64,000 bases of DNA, taken from positions 1-64,000 of the IMG/VR virus record IMGVR_UViG_3300034073_004654; one strand, given 5' to 3'. The translations under genes were made by a program, and so were the position numbers. The stretch's first letter is position 1. Each line of letters begins with the position of its first letter. This DNA is from a virus. Positions 1 to 9,409 of this stretch are shown in pieces. The notes under the pieces were generated by a model. That model saw only the letters and a list, made by a program, of their open reading frames with translations. It made no database searches and was not told the origin of the DNA.

Positions 1-98
1 GTGGAGAATTATCGAGGGATTTGTCAAAGGTGCGGTCAAACCGGACAAGTTCATATTTCGGAAGTGAAGTGTCTCAGGCATAAGTGAATGAAAAAGAG

Positions 99-126
99 AA
101 ATGCGCCATTGGGGGTGGCGCATTTT
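99..126. terminator. Hairpin between convergent genes
   Basis: aaatgcgcca/tggcgcattt inverted repeat with A and T runs on either side. Confidence 0.6.
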
Positions 127-151
127 AAAATTAATCAATAAGATTTAATTC

Positions 152-565
152 TCAATAGGCTTCTGGATCGCATTTTCGACAAGTTCCATCACATGATCCA
201 TTTCCGCAAGCTGGAGCATAATATTCTTTTTGCCAACGATATTTCCTATCCTCATAATCGCGATCTATTATTTTTGCTTCAAGCATATCTTCATTATCAT
301 AAAGAGTAATTTTTCTTTTATTGATGTCTACATAGTTTTCCATGCCAATTTTACGACCTTTTAGAGATTCTATGTTTTTGACTTTCTCTACAACATCTTC
401 CCAATTTTTTCCAGTTACATCATATCTTTCAGTCACATCTCCAAATAAAGGCGATATCATTACAAAATAATTTGTTTCTTTTGCTTCTTCAGAAGATTCC
501 AAGGAACCAAGCTTATATTTAACGCTATAATAATTTGCAACTTTAAGAATTGATTTTAATGACAT
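152..565 (-). CDS. Leader-family hypothetical protein with C-terminal Cys cluster
   Basis: Starts MSLKSILKVANYYSVKY (shared leader); ends CGNGSCDGTCRKC. Confidence 0.8.
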   Translation of the reverse strand: MSLKSILKVANYYSVKYKLGSLESSEEAKETNYFVMISPLFGDVTERYDVTGKNWEDVVEKVKNIESLKGRKIGMENYVDINKRKITLYDNEDMLEAKIIDRDYEDRKYRWQKEYYAPACGNGSCDGTCRKCDPEAY

Positions 566-716
566 AGTAATTATCCTTTTGACAACTGGTATTGTAAACA
601 GACATATGTTTTATAGAAGCATATAACTAAATGTAGAAAAATGTAGAAAATTATTTATTATTTTTTTTATTTTGCAAATTTTATTTTGCAAACAGGTAAT
701 ATGAGTACATATACTT

Positions 717-1934
717 GTGCAATTAGTAGAGAGGCATAGAATCAATAAAAATTCCTATAAAGGAAAGATTCTTGATAAGAAATTATTTTTATCAAAAAAT
801 CTTTATAATTCTGCCGTCTATCATTTTAGAAAACATTTTGAAATTACCGGAACTTATCTAGGTTATCATGTCTTAGATAAACAGTTCGCTTTAGAAAATC
901 AAATAGATTACAGGGCGCTACCGGCTAAAGTCGCACAACACGTATTGATGCAAGTTGATGACGCTTTTAAAAGCTTTTTTAAGGCACTTAAATCATTTAG
1001 AAAGAATCCTGTCAAGTTTACCTCAGCTCCAAAATTACCAGGATTCAAACACAAAACTAAAGGTAGAAATTTATTAATTTTCACTTCTCAAGCAATATCT
1101 AAGAAAAAAATGTCACCTTCTGGAATTGCTGAATTGCCATTACCAACAAAAATTCCACACAAAGATATCTGTCAAGTCAGAATAACTCCCGGCGACATTT
1201 ATCACACAATTGAAATAGTATACAATAAAACTGAAAAGCCTAAATCTAATGGTAATGTTATTGCTGCGTTAGACCCTGGAGTATCTAATTTAGCTACGGT
1301 TACTTTTACAAAAGGATCTCCTATAATCATTCCAGGTGGTCCGCTAAAATCTATAAATCAGTTTTATAATAAAAAACGATCTGAATTGCAGTCCAAATTA
1401 ACAGGAGATCAAAAAACTTCAAAACAAATTAAAAAACTTACTTCTAAGCGCAACGATAAAATATCTGATTATATGCATAAAGCTAGTCGATATTTAGTTA
1501 ATCATTTAGTTTCTCATGGAGTGTTCAAATTAGTTATCGGACACAACAAATCCTGGAAACAAGAGACTAATATGGGTAATAAAAATAATCAAAATTTTAT
1601 TAATATCCCGCATAGCAAATTTTTTGCTTTGTTAAAATATAAATGTGCTTTAGAAGGAATAGATATTGTAGAAAGAGAAGAAAGTTACACTAGCAAATGT
1701 AGTTTTCTAGATTTAGAGCCCATTAAGAAGCAGAAAAAATATATGGGAAGAAGATTGAAAAGAGGCTTATTTAAGTCTAAATCTGGAACCAAAATAAATG
1801 CTGATGTTAATGGCTCTTACAATATCTTGAGAAAGGAAATCCCAGAAGCTTTTAGTGATGGGATAGAGGCTGTATTAGTTCAGCCAATAAGGATAAAACC
1901 TTATAAAAATAAATTGTGGAATATTTTTCTATAA
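717..1934 (+). CDS. tnpB: IS200/IS605-family RNA-guided endonuclease TnpB (no TnpA nearby)
   Basis: SKNLYN N-terminus, RuvC-I ALDPG, EESYTSKCS, INADVNGSYNI RuvC-III. Confidence 0.9.
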   Translation: MQLVERHRINKNSYKGKILDKKLFLSKNLYNSAVYHFRKHFEITGTYLGYHVLDKQFALENQIDYRALPAKVAQHVLMQVDDAFKSFFKALKSFRKNPVKFTSAPKLPGFKHKTKGRNLLIFTSQAISKKKMSPSGIAELPLPTKIPHKDICQVRITPGDIYHTIEIVYNKTEKPKSNGNVIAALDPGVSNLATVTFTKGSPIIIPGGPLKSINQFYNKKRSELQSKLTGDQKTSKQIKKLTSKRNDKISDYMHKASRYLVNHLVSHGVFKLVIGHNKSWKQETNMGNKNNQNFINIPHSKFFALLKYKCALEGIDIVEREESYTSKCSFLDLEPIKKQKKYMGRRLKRGLFKSKSGTKINADVNGSYNILRKEIPEAFSDGIEAVLVQPIRIKPYKNKLWNIFL

Positions 1935-1970
1935 TTTATTGAACTATAATTTAATATTTAATTATTGATT

Positions 1971-2384
1971 ATGAAGTACAAAAACAATCTCAGCAATATT
2001 TCCGGCAATTCTTATTTTGAGGTGATTGAGCCGTTTGAGGCATATATTCCTGTGGGGAAATATCTTTCCAATAGTTTTGTTGGAAGTTCTCAGATGCTTG
2101 GAATAGCTTATCAAAAGATTACTCTACAGCCCAAGGATCAAATTCATGATTTGTTTGGAGGAGTTTTTGTAAGTTATCAGAATCGAATGGTTCCAATAAA
2201 GATGCAACTATCCGATAAGCATCCTTTTGAAAAGGTTTATGGATACGAAGAAGAAATTTTCCCTGTAGAGAAGCTAAAGAAAATTGATTTGGTAGAAGGC
2301 AAGAAGTATTGCAATGATTTGCCGGATGTACCTAAGCCCAAACAATATTTTGGACGTGGGATTGATTCCGTGATTGGGGCTTGA
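1971..2384 (+). CDS. Hypothetical protein
   Basis: ORF track; start moved to first ATG. Confidence 0.6.
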   Translation: MKYKNNLSNISGNSYFEVIEPFEAYIPVGKYLSNSFVGSSQMLGIAYQKITLQPKDQIHDLFGGVFVSYQNRMVPIKMQLSDKHPFEKVYGYEEEIFPVEKLKKIDLVEGKKYCNDLPDVPKPKQYFGRGIDSVIGA

Positions 2385-2408
2385 CAAGTAAAGATTCGGT
2401 CTTATACT
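2381..2408 (+). promoter_or_regulatory. Sigma70-type promoter
   Basis: TTGACA-N16-TATACT, AAGATT in spacer. Confidence 0.8.
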
Positions 2409-2430
2409 GGTGAAAGCTATGGGAGGCGAT

Positions 2431-2628
2431 ATGGATATTACCACGGTTTGCGGCGAGAAGTTTAATTATGAAGATTCTTGCGATATGGCATTTATGATTT
2501 ATCGTCGATTCGGGCGGGAAATGGAATCTGCTCATATTGCTTGGAAGCGCCTATTGCAGAATAGTTGCGAGTTCTCTCAGTTTGAGAAAATGGTTCTTAA
2601 TGGTCGGAGCCGTCATTATAAGGATTGA
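2431..2628 (+). CDS. Hypothetical protein
   Basis: GGAGG SD before ATG 2431. Confidence 0.65.
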   Translation: MDITTVCGEKFNYEDSCDMAFMIYRRFGREMESAHIAWKRLLQNSCEFSQFEKMVLNGRSRHYKD

Positions 2629-2798
2629 GATATGGGTTTGACAGCAGGATTTATCAAACTTCCTACCGAACCTGGATTTTATTTTTCTAATAAAATTAGA
2701 CTTACAATTATTCCATATGCCAGCTTGTATTTAATTAATGTTATTTGTTTTGGATATAAGCTTTATTTCGGGATAGATAATGGCTGGAAAGGTTTGAA

Positions 2799-3005
2799 AT
2801 GAAAGTTTGGATGCTGTCAATTCATCATAATAATGGCGAATGGTCAATTATTGATCTTTATAGTTGTAGGGAATTGGCTTTAAAAGCTGCCCATAGACAA
2901 AAGCATCCTGATGAAGATTTGACTTGGAATGAAGTGGGTTTTGATGCCTGGGATGCTGGAGCTTATACTATGAGAATCGAAGACTATAAAGTTAAGGGAA
3001 TTTGA
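2799..3005 (+). CDS. Hypothetical protein
   Basis: ORF in operon. Confidence 0.6.
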   Translation: MKVWMLSIHHNNGEWSIIDLYSCRELALKAAHRQKHPDEDLTWNEVGFDAWDAGAYTMRIEDYKVKGI

Positions 3006-3008
3006 AAA

Positions 3009-3314
3009 ATGAGCCCCAAAGAAATTCAAGAACGTAAAAAAGTGGTTCAAAGACTAGCTGCCAATTATCGGTGGGGTGATATACCTATGCCTAAAGGAGA
3101 TAAGCTGGTTTTTAAAACCATTAATGGAATTGACTTTTATATGGTAGGTCATAATTCCAGCCATGAGTTTTATTTGGGACTAGATGAAGCGGGTAATTAT
3201 TGGGCTCGTTCTTTTGGAGAAGAAATTTCTTATGATGAAGATAGTGAACCTGAATATAAGGAGCACATTCATCAAGTAGATAATTTGGAAGATGCTTATT
3301 TGGGGCATCTATGA
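3009..3314 (+). CDS. Hypothetical protein, paralog of 36149..36445
   Basis: Shared GIxxYMVGxNxxxxFYLGxD motif and terminal YxGH. Confidence 0.75.
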   Translation: MSPKEIQERKKVVQRLAANYRWGDIPMPKGDKLVFKTINGIDFYMVGHNSSHEFYLGLDEAGNYWARSFGEEISYDEDSEPEYKEHIHQVDNLEDAYLGHL

Positions 3315-3505
3315 AGATCGAAGTTATAGAGATCAAAGATAATCCTGACGGATCTGCTGAATATATTTTTGAGGTAGATGAGGAAGCCAAAGCTAGTATT
3401 ATGAAAGCTACTGGAATGAAACGCTGGAGCAAAAAGAAGTTTCAGGAGTTTGTAATTCAAGCTTTGGATCATCATATTCGTTTAGGTGATTCTGAGAAGA
3501 TTTAA
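3311..3505 (+). CDS. Hypothetical protein
   Basis: ATGA start/stop overlap with upstream gene. Confidence 0.65.
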   Translation: MKIEVIEIKDNPDGSAEYIFEVDEEAKASIMKATGMKRWSKKKFQEFVIQALDHHIRLGDSEKI

Positions 3506-3546
3506 GTCAAAGTTTGAACTGGGTTATAACATAGAGTGAAAGGGTC

Positions 3547-3574
3547 TTGACAAGAAAAGATCCTGTGTTATCTT
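3547..3574 (+). promoter_or_regulatory. Sigma70-type promoter
   Basis: TTGACA-N16-TATCTT, AAGATC in spacer. Confidence 0.75.
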
Positions 3575-3596
3575 ATTGGCAGGAAGGTACAAGATC

Positions 3597-3785
3597 ATGC
3601 CGAATATGAGTTATTGTCGATTTGAGAACACATGCCAAGATTTTCAAGATTGTTTGGAAGCCTTGGAAAATAATGGAATTGATAGCTTGTCTGATAATGA
3701 GCGATATTATGCTGAGAAGCTATTGAATCTTTCTAAGAAGTTAATTCAAGCTATTGATTCTGAAGATTCAGAAGATTCTGAGTGA
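3597..3785 (+). CDS. Hypothetical phage protein
   Basis: NMSYCRFENT motif, which I recall from small phage proteins. Confidence 0.7.
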   Translation: MPNMSYCRFENTCQDFQDCLEALENNGIDSLSDNERYYAEKLLNLSKKLIQAIDSEDSEDSE

Positions 3786-3806
3786 AATTATTTAAGGAGA
3801 ATTATC

Positions 3807-4577
3807 ATGCCTAACTGGTGCAATAATAGTGCAACGATTACTGGTCCCATTGACATTCTTAAGGAATTGGAGGCTGTTCAGCTTTCTTTTCAGGAGCTTT
3901 TTCCTTGTCCTCAAGAATTGCTAGATACTACTGCTCCTGCTGTTTATAATGATAAGGACAAGGTAAAGATTAACGAAGAGAAGTTTGGATATTCTGATTG
4001 GTATAGTTGGCAGGTTGGCAATTGGGGAACTAAATGGGATCTATCGCTTCAAAGTCTTGATTTGGATGATAACGGAGATGGTACAGGTTGTTTACATGCC
4101 GGATTTGATACGGCTTGGAGTCCTCCTGTAGAATTTATGAAAAATCTTTATGAGAAGTATAAGGATCGAGGTTTGAATATTCGGATGGAATATTTTGAGC
4201 CTGGCTGTGGTTTTCTTGGAATTGTAGATACGAGCGAAGGTGAATTTATTGATGAATATCATGAATTTGAAACGGCGTCTGAGCTAGAAGATTGCATTAA
4301 GGAATTGGGCGAGCATTGTCTGGCGAAGTATGAGCTGGAATATCTACAGGAACGAGAAGAAGAAGAACGTCAAGAGCGAGAAAAAGCCGAAGAAGCAAAG
4401 ACCGAGGAAAAGGTAACTGTAAAAGCGGCTGCTAAGAAGTCGGCAAAGACTACTGTAAAGAAAGCTGCTGCTAAGAAAACCGTTAAGAAGGCAGCGGTTA
4501 AAAAGGCGGCAGTTAAGAAGGCTGCAAGTAAAAAGGCAGTTAAAGCTCCTGCAAGTAAAAAGTCAGTTAAGAAGTAA
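3807..4577 (+). CDS. DUF1281/YubB-like ferredoxin-fold protein with histone-H1-like Lys/Ala tail
   Basis: MPNWCNN, WYxWxxxNWGTKWD, FDTAWSPP, YFEPGCGFLG; C-terminal KKAAxKK repeats. Confidence 0.8.
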   Translation: MPNWCNNSATITGPIDILKELEAVQLSFQELFPCPQELLDTTAPAVYNDKDKVKINEEKFGYSDWYSWQVGNWGTKWDLSLQSLDLDDNGDGTGCLHAGFDTAWSPPVEFMKNLYEKYKDRGLNIRMEYFEPGCGFLGIVDTSEGEFIDEYHEFETASELEDCIKELGEHCLAKYELEYLQEREEEERQEREKAEEAKTEEKVTVKAAAKKSAKTTVKKAAAKKTVKKAAVKKAAVKKAASKKAVKAPASKKSVKK

Positions 4578-4578
4578 G

Positions 4579-4929
4579 ATGGAAACTTCAGAATTTGCAA
4601 TTCCCAAGAATCTTTCTGTAGCGGGAAGTTCTGCTTATTCGGCGATTATGAATATCCTGAATAAGTATGAGGCGAAATCGGGAGGTTGCAAGACATTTTA
4701 TTCTCCTAGCGAATGGGCAGAGCGAGGAGAAAAATATGGTAAGACTTCTCATTTGATTATTGTTTATGATGGTGGGGATGTTGGAAATTTTTTCAATATG
4801 AATCATGAGCAATATAAATTGTATGAGGAAATGCAGCAAGAATTGCGGAAGGCTGGGTTTTATTTCGAGGAATGCACTGGCTGGTATTCTGCTGTTTACG
4901 ACTTTATCAATAACTACATTTATCCTTAG
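4579..4929 (+). CDS. Hypothetical protein
   Basis: ORF directly after upstream stop. Confidence 0.7.
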   Translation: METSEFAIPKNLSVAGSSAYSAIMNILNKYEAKSGGCKTFYSPSEWAERGEKYGKTSHLIIVYDGGDVGNFFNMNHEQYKLYEEMQQELRKAGFYFEECTGWYSAVYDFINNYIYP

Positions 4930-4941
4930 TGACATTACATA

Positions 4942-4997
4942 AAATGACACTACATATATTGTAATGTAATGTATATACAATATATGTAGTGTCATTT
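4942..4997. repeat. Perfect 22-bp inverted repeat with 12-nt loop
   Basis: aaatgacactacatatattgta / tacaatatatgtagtgtcattt. Confidence 0.9.
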
Positions 4998-5021
4998 AAT
5001 TATAAGTATTGGGAGGCGGCT

Positions 5022-5318
5022 ATGATTTGCAAATTTTGTCAAGGCGTTGGAGTTCTTGGATATTTTGTGGAGGGGTGTTATTTTGAGGAATCTTGCGAGG
5101 AGTGTCAGGAAACCGGACATTTATCGGATTCTCAAATTCGGGAGAATGAAAAGGATTATTTGGTAGATTATTTGGCGGATTTGGAATTTGGGAATAAGTT
5201 ATATTCTTTGGGGGAATTTCAGGAGGTACAACTTCGAGTATTTCGAGAGTTGAATCAAATGGACAAGGTAGAACCTGAGAAGGTAAATCTTTTATTGAAT
5301 TGGGCTAATGCTTATTGA
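5022..5318 (+). CDS. CxxCxGxG zinc-finger protein, related to 39030..39506
   Basis: CKFCQGVG...CEECQETG; GGAGG SD. Confidence 0.7.
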   Translation: MICKFCQGVGVLGYFVEGCYFEESCEECQETGHLSDSQIRENEKDYLVDYLADLEFGNKLYSLGEFQEVQLRVFRELNQMDKVEPEKVNLLLNWANAY

Positions 5319-5329
5319 ATATGAGCGGT

Positions 5330-5342
5330 AATAATGACATAT
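5330..5342 (+). promoter_or_regulatory. Candidate late-promoter motif AATA-N5-ATAT
   Basis: AATAatgacATAT upstream of leader gene 5361. Confidence 0.55.
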
Positions 5343-5360
5343 TAAAATAAGGAATTAAAT

Positions 5361-6635
5361 ATGTCGTTAAAAGATTTAATTAAAGTTGGAAATTATTACG
5401 AAATTAAATATAAATTTTTAAAATTTGCGGAAGATGATGCTCATGCTCGTTCTATTGCTTTAATGAAATTTCTTTCTGGGATAGCTAAAGAATTAGGAAT
5501 TGCAGAGCACGTTTATGTTGTAGGTGGGGCGGTTAGAAATTATCTTATTGGTCAGCCTATAAAAGATATAGATGTAGTTATTGATTCTGTATTATCTGGT
5601 TATGATTCTGAATGGTTTGCTGAGCAGATAGCAAAGAAAATACAACCTGTTAAAAGTAAATTGACTACCAATAATTACGGGGTAGCGATTTTATCTATTG
5701 ATCCATCTTGGGTATTAGATGGTCATTCTATGTTAGGTCCAAAAGGAACTGGAGAAACAATAGAAATAGCCAATGCTAGAAAAGAATCTTATGGTGGATC
5801 GGAGGGTAAAGGATATAAGCCTCATTCAGTAGAAACTGCTACCATTGAAGAAGATTTATTGCGTAGAGAATTTACATTTAATACTCTTTTGTGGAGGCTA
5901 TCTAACTTAGCAGAAGGACCGGAAAAAGCTGAAGTATTAGATTTATTGGGTCGAGGCAAGTCAGATTTATCTGAAAAAATTTTAAGAACTCCGGCAGATC
6001 CGGATAAAACATTTTCTGATGATCCTACCAGGATGTTACGAGCTATTAAGTTTGTAGCTAAATATAATTTTAAAGTTCCTGAAGATATGTTGGAGAGTAT
6101 TAGGCGCAATGCTTTTAGATTAAATCAAATGCCTTGGAATGCTGTTAGAAATATTTTAATAGATGATATTTTAAAAGCTCCGAATCCAAGAAGGTCAGTA
6201 ATGTTATTGAAGGAGATGAGGCTAGCAGATGCATTAAAAGAAATGATTGAATCCAATCCTGAATTTAAGACTTCTTTGGGAAGAAGTTTTAATGATAATA
6301 CAGATCCGATGTTATTGTTGGATCTATTGGATTTGGATTGGGACATGAAAACGCCTATAAGTTTCTTAAACAATATACAACAAGAAAGATTACGAGAATT
6401 ATTGTTAGAAATGGATGAATCCGATGGTCGCGAATATGTTAAGGCTCTAATTAAGCCTCCTGTTGATTTGCAGTTCTTTTTTAAGAATTTTAACATTCCA
6501 GAAAAAGAGCGCAAGGGAGTTATTTCTATTGCAAGAGATTCTCTTTTAGAAAATCCAAATTTATTAGAAGATCTTAAAAGTCTAACAAGTGAAGTTGAAA
6601 GTAAGTTGGGGAAAATCTGGCGTCGCAACGATTGA
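5361..6635 (+). CDS. cca: Class II tRNA nucleotidyltransferase (CCA-adding/poly(A) polymerase family) with N-terminal leader
   Basis: VYVVGGAVRN...DID, EEDLLRREFTFN, DDPTRMLRAIKF motifs; leader MSLKDLIKVGNYYEIKYKFLKFA. Confidence 0.88.
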   Translation: MSLKDLIKVGNYYEIKYKFLKFAEDDAHARSIALMKFLSGIAKELGIAEHVYVVGGAVRNYLIGQPIKDIDVVIDSVLSGYDSEWFAEQIAKKIQPVKSKLTTNNYGVAILSIDPSWVLDGHSMLGPKGTGETIEIANARKESYGGSEGKGYKPHSVETATIEEDLLRREFTFNTLLWRLSNLAEGPEKAEVLDLLGRGKSDLSEKILRTPADPDKTFSDDPTRMLRAIKFVAKYNFKVPEDMLESIRRNAFRLNQMPWNAVRNILIDDILKAPNPRRSVMLLKEMRLADALKEMIESNPEFKTSLGRSFNDNTDPMLLLDLLDLDWDMKTPISFLNNIQQERLRELLLEMDESDGREYVKALIKPPVDLQFFFKNFNIPEKERKGVISIARDSLLENPNLLEDLKSLTSEVESKLGKIWRRND

Positions 6636-6646
6636 CATTTTAGGTG

Positions 6647-6674
6647 TTGACAAGTAAAAGATCGTGGCTATGTT
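6647..6674 (+). promoter_or_regulatory. Sigma70-type promoter
   Basis: TTGACA-N16-TATGTT, AAGATC in spacer. Confidence 0.75.
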
Positions 6675-6727
6675 GTAGTGGACGGTAGAGATACCGTGCT
6701 AAAATTCTCGTTAACTGAGAGGTAATC

Positions 6728-7447
6728 ATGGATCTTGATAAGGTTATTTCCAAAGTTCAGAAGCTCTTGGCATTGTCGAAGTCGGATAATGCTGGAGAAG
6801 CGGCAGCGGCGATGAATGCGGCAAATAAGCTGATTGATCAGTATCGTTTGTCGTTGGCTGATCTGGAAACTTCTGAGGATACTTTAGATCCTATGATGGA
6901 AGATTCCGAGGCGGTTTATGAAACCGGCAGGATTGTCCAATGGAAATCTTTTTTGGTTGGAGTATTGTCGAAGCATTATGGTTGTGCTTTGTTCAATCAA
7001 ACGACTTTTCCCAAGGGTCGTAAAGTTTCGCATTATAAGTTGGTGGGGCGAAAGAGCGATATTGCCATTGTGCGATATTTCGTTTCATATCTTATGAATG
7101 AGTGCCAGCGTCTTTGTGAAAAAGAGGCGCATGGTAAGGGCAAAGTTTTTGCTAACTCGTATTGTACGGGATTCGTGGCAGGAATTCAGTCACAATTGGC
7201 GGCTAGTCGAAAAGAAGCGGAAAAGGAAGCCACTGGTTCGGCAATTGTAGCAATTAACCGCCGAGTGGAGGAAGCCAATAATTTCATGAATACTTTGTAT
7301 CGTTTGAAATCTTCTAATTCTTCTTCTCAGGCACGCACGGATTATAGCGCGTATTCGCGTGGTTTGCAGCAAGGAAAGAATTTGCATTTGGGAGCGGGCT
7401 TGAATTCCGGTGGTTCTACTTCTGGGATTCGTTTGCTGGGCAATTGA
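6728..7447 (+). CDS. DUF2786 domain protein
   Basis: KVQKLLALSKS.NAGEAAAAM..A.KL N-terminus. Confidence 0.8.
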   Translation: MDLDKVISKVQKLLALSKSDNAGEAAAAMNAANKLIDQYRLSLADLETSEDTLDPMMEDSEAVYETGRIVQWKSFLVGVLSKHYGCALFNQTTFPKGRKVSHYKLVGRKSDIAIVRYFVSYLMNECQRLCEKEAHGKGKVFANSYCTGFVAGIQSQLAASRKEAEKEATGSAIVAINRRVEEANNFMNTLYRLKSSNSSSQARTDYSAYSRGLQQGKNLHLGAGLNSGGSTSGIRLLGN

Positions 7448-7459
7448 AAATATAGGTTT

Positions 7460-7487
7460 GGGGCGGTTCCTAATAAAAACCGCCCGC
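7460..7487 (+). terminator. GC-rich hairpin
   Basis: gggcggtt...aaccgccc after stop codon. Confidence 0.5.
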
Positions 7488-7519
7488 ATTTATTTATATT
7501 TTAAAATTAAGGCAAAAAT

Positions 7520-7864
7520 ATGTCAATTGATAATTTTGTTAGAAAGAATAAAGATCTAGGATTTCGACCTGCTAAGTATTTTCGTTATGAGGGGTCGGAG
7601 GGAATTCGTAATTTAGCTCGATTGGCTAAGGGATTGGGATATGAAGATCCCATGAATCTTGGTTATTTTGATGGGGCATGTTATGGTGATTTGATTTATT
7701 TGCTCGAAGATAATCCTGGGCTTGTAGAAGTGATGCTGGATTGGTTGGAGGAAAATTTCGAGTCTGAATTGGATGATGATTCCGAGGATGATGATTCTGA
7801 AGATGACGAGGACGATGATTCTGAAGATTTGGATAGCGACGATAAAGATGATGAGGAAGATTGA
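7520..7864 (+). CDS. Hypothetical protein with acidic tail
   Basis: ORF; D/E-rich C-terminus. Confidence 0.75.
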   Translation: MSIDNFVRKNKDLGFRPAKYFRYEGSEGIRNLARLAKGLGYEDPMNLGYFDGACYGDLIYLLEDNPGLVEVMLDWLEENFESELDDDSEDDDSEDDEDDDSEDLDSDDKDDEED

Positions 7865-7875
7865 GGAGTTAAATC

Positions 7876-8364
7876 ATGGCTGAATATTATACATTGTTTT
7901 GCGAAAAGCTTGAGATTCGTACTTCTGAGGAATATGAGTGGCTAAAGCGAGTTTATGCTTGGACGCCAGAAGAAGATGGGGGAATAAATCTCGAGGATAT
8001 GGAAGCAGAAATTGAGCGAGTAAAGGAAGAACTTGGCTTTGATCTAAGTTATGAAGATTTTGATACTTTTCCAGAACATCAATATGAATTGACTTCTGAA
8101 TCTCTCAGGGTATATTCTGAGGAAGATTTAAGTACGGGAACGGTTAGCAGGATTATTCAGGGATTTCTGCGGAAATTTCGCCCTGATGAATGTTTTTCAA
8201 TTACTTGGGCTTTTACTTGTAGTAAAACTTGGGTAGGGGAATTTGCGGGAGGGGCGGTATTTATCACGGCAGATAAGATTGAAGATCATCATGTTCGTAA
8301 TTTCGTGATGCAAAAAGAAATGGAACATGAGAAAAGAATTGCAGCTAAGAAAAAGGCAATTTAA
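7876..8364 (+). CDS. Hypothetical protein
   Basis: GAGGAG SD; WAFTCSK...EFAGGAVFITA. Confidence 0.75.
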   Translation: MAEYYTLFCEKLEIRTSEEYEWLKRVYAWTPEEDGGINLEDMEAEIERVKEELGFDLSYEDFDTFPEHQYELTSESLRVYSEEDLSTGTVSRIIQGFLRKFRPDECFSITWAFTCSKTWVGEFAGGAVFITADKIEDHHVRNFVMQKEMEHEKRIAAKKKAI

Positions 8365-8388
8365 GAAAGCATAAAAGTAAGGTAAATT

Positions 8389-8640
8389 ATGGCAAAGGCA
8401 TTTGAATCTCCTGTAACTTTGGATATGGTTATTTACGATAGTTTTGATTATGTAGATGGAAAGGGAGCGACCAGAAATGTTGTTCGAAAACTAATTCCTA
8501 AAAAGCTTCCTACTTCTAAGAACGAGTCTATTCTATTTAAGGTCTATGAAGATAATGATGTGGAATTTGGTTTAATGATGATGCCAATTTCTGAGTTTAA
8601 CAAGTATGTAAACAGAGGTGAATTTAAGATTGCTTGTTAA
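8389..8640 (+). CDS. Hypothetical protein, probable paralog of 12355..12636
   Basis: Shared MPxSEFxxxVxxGxx C-terminus. Confidence 0.7.
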   Translation: MAKAFESPVTLDMVIYDSFDYVDGKGATRNVVRKLIPKKLPTSKNESILFKVYEDNDVEFGLMMMPISEFNKYVNRGEFKIAC

Positions 8641-8646
8641 AAACAA

Positions 8647-8685
8647 ATATCTCTCAAGGTAAAAATCTTGAGAGATATTTTTTTT
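8647..8685 (+). terminator. Intrinsic terminator
   Basis: atatctctcaag/cttgagagatat plus T run. Confidence 0.75.
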
Positions 8686-8724
8686 GGTTATAATTTAACA
8701 TTATAATATACTTAAGGAGAAATT

Positions 8725-9282
8725 ATGTCATTAAAAAGCATGTTAAAAGTAGCTGATTATTATAATGTTAAATATGGTTTTGATAAATATAGCGGAGATG
8801 TAAGGGTAGAACAAACGGGTCAGGGCAAAGTAGCGGAGTTGCTTTTCTCACAAAATCCTGCGGCGAATTTGTTGAGCTTAAAACAAGCTAGCAATGATCT
8901 AATCACTATGACATTTGTAGATAAAATTAGAAAGTTATCAGAAGATAAAGCTGAAGGAAATAATCTTACTGTTTCTTTATATCCTGAAATTTTGGTAGCA
9001 TCTCAAAACTCAGGGACTATTACTCCCAAGGCAACTATAGATATTACCATGTCTCCTGGTGAGAAGTCTTTTATAGGAGATCCTGAAACTCAAAAATTAA
9101 TTAATGAATTACAAGTAGCTTATAATCAAGAATATAAAAAATTATCTCGTCAGAGTTTTGAAGCCAGAGCAAAAGAGATAAGTAGCAAAAATCAATTTTA
9201 CGAAAATTTGAATGCAGCTGGAAACGATGAAAATACTGTTAAATCTAAATTCACTGTTTCTCAAACGGATGTGTTTGAATAA
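8725..9282 (+). CDS. Leader-family hypothetical protein
   Basis: MSLKSMLKVADYYNVKYGFDKYS; AAGGAG SD. Confidence 0.8.
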   Translation: MSLKSMLKVADYYNVKYGFDKYSGDVRVEQTGQGKVAELLFSQNPAANLLSLKQASNDLITMTFVDKIRKLSEDKAEGNNLTVSLYPEILVASQNSGTITPKATIDITMSPGEKSFIGDPETQKLINELQVAYNQEYKKLSRQSFEARAKEISSKNQFYENLNAAGNDENTVKSKFTVSQTDVFE

Positions 9283-9409
9283 TTTAAAAGTTTCATGATT
9301 CAATTAATCAAAGATCTTTCGGCAACTCTTGCTGTTATTAGCGGAGTTGCCATTTTCTTTTACTATTATTTCTTGTTTTGATAGCTGCAAACTATCTGCA
9401 ATTAAGTTG

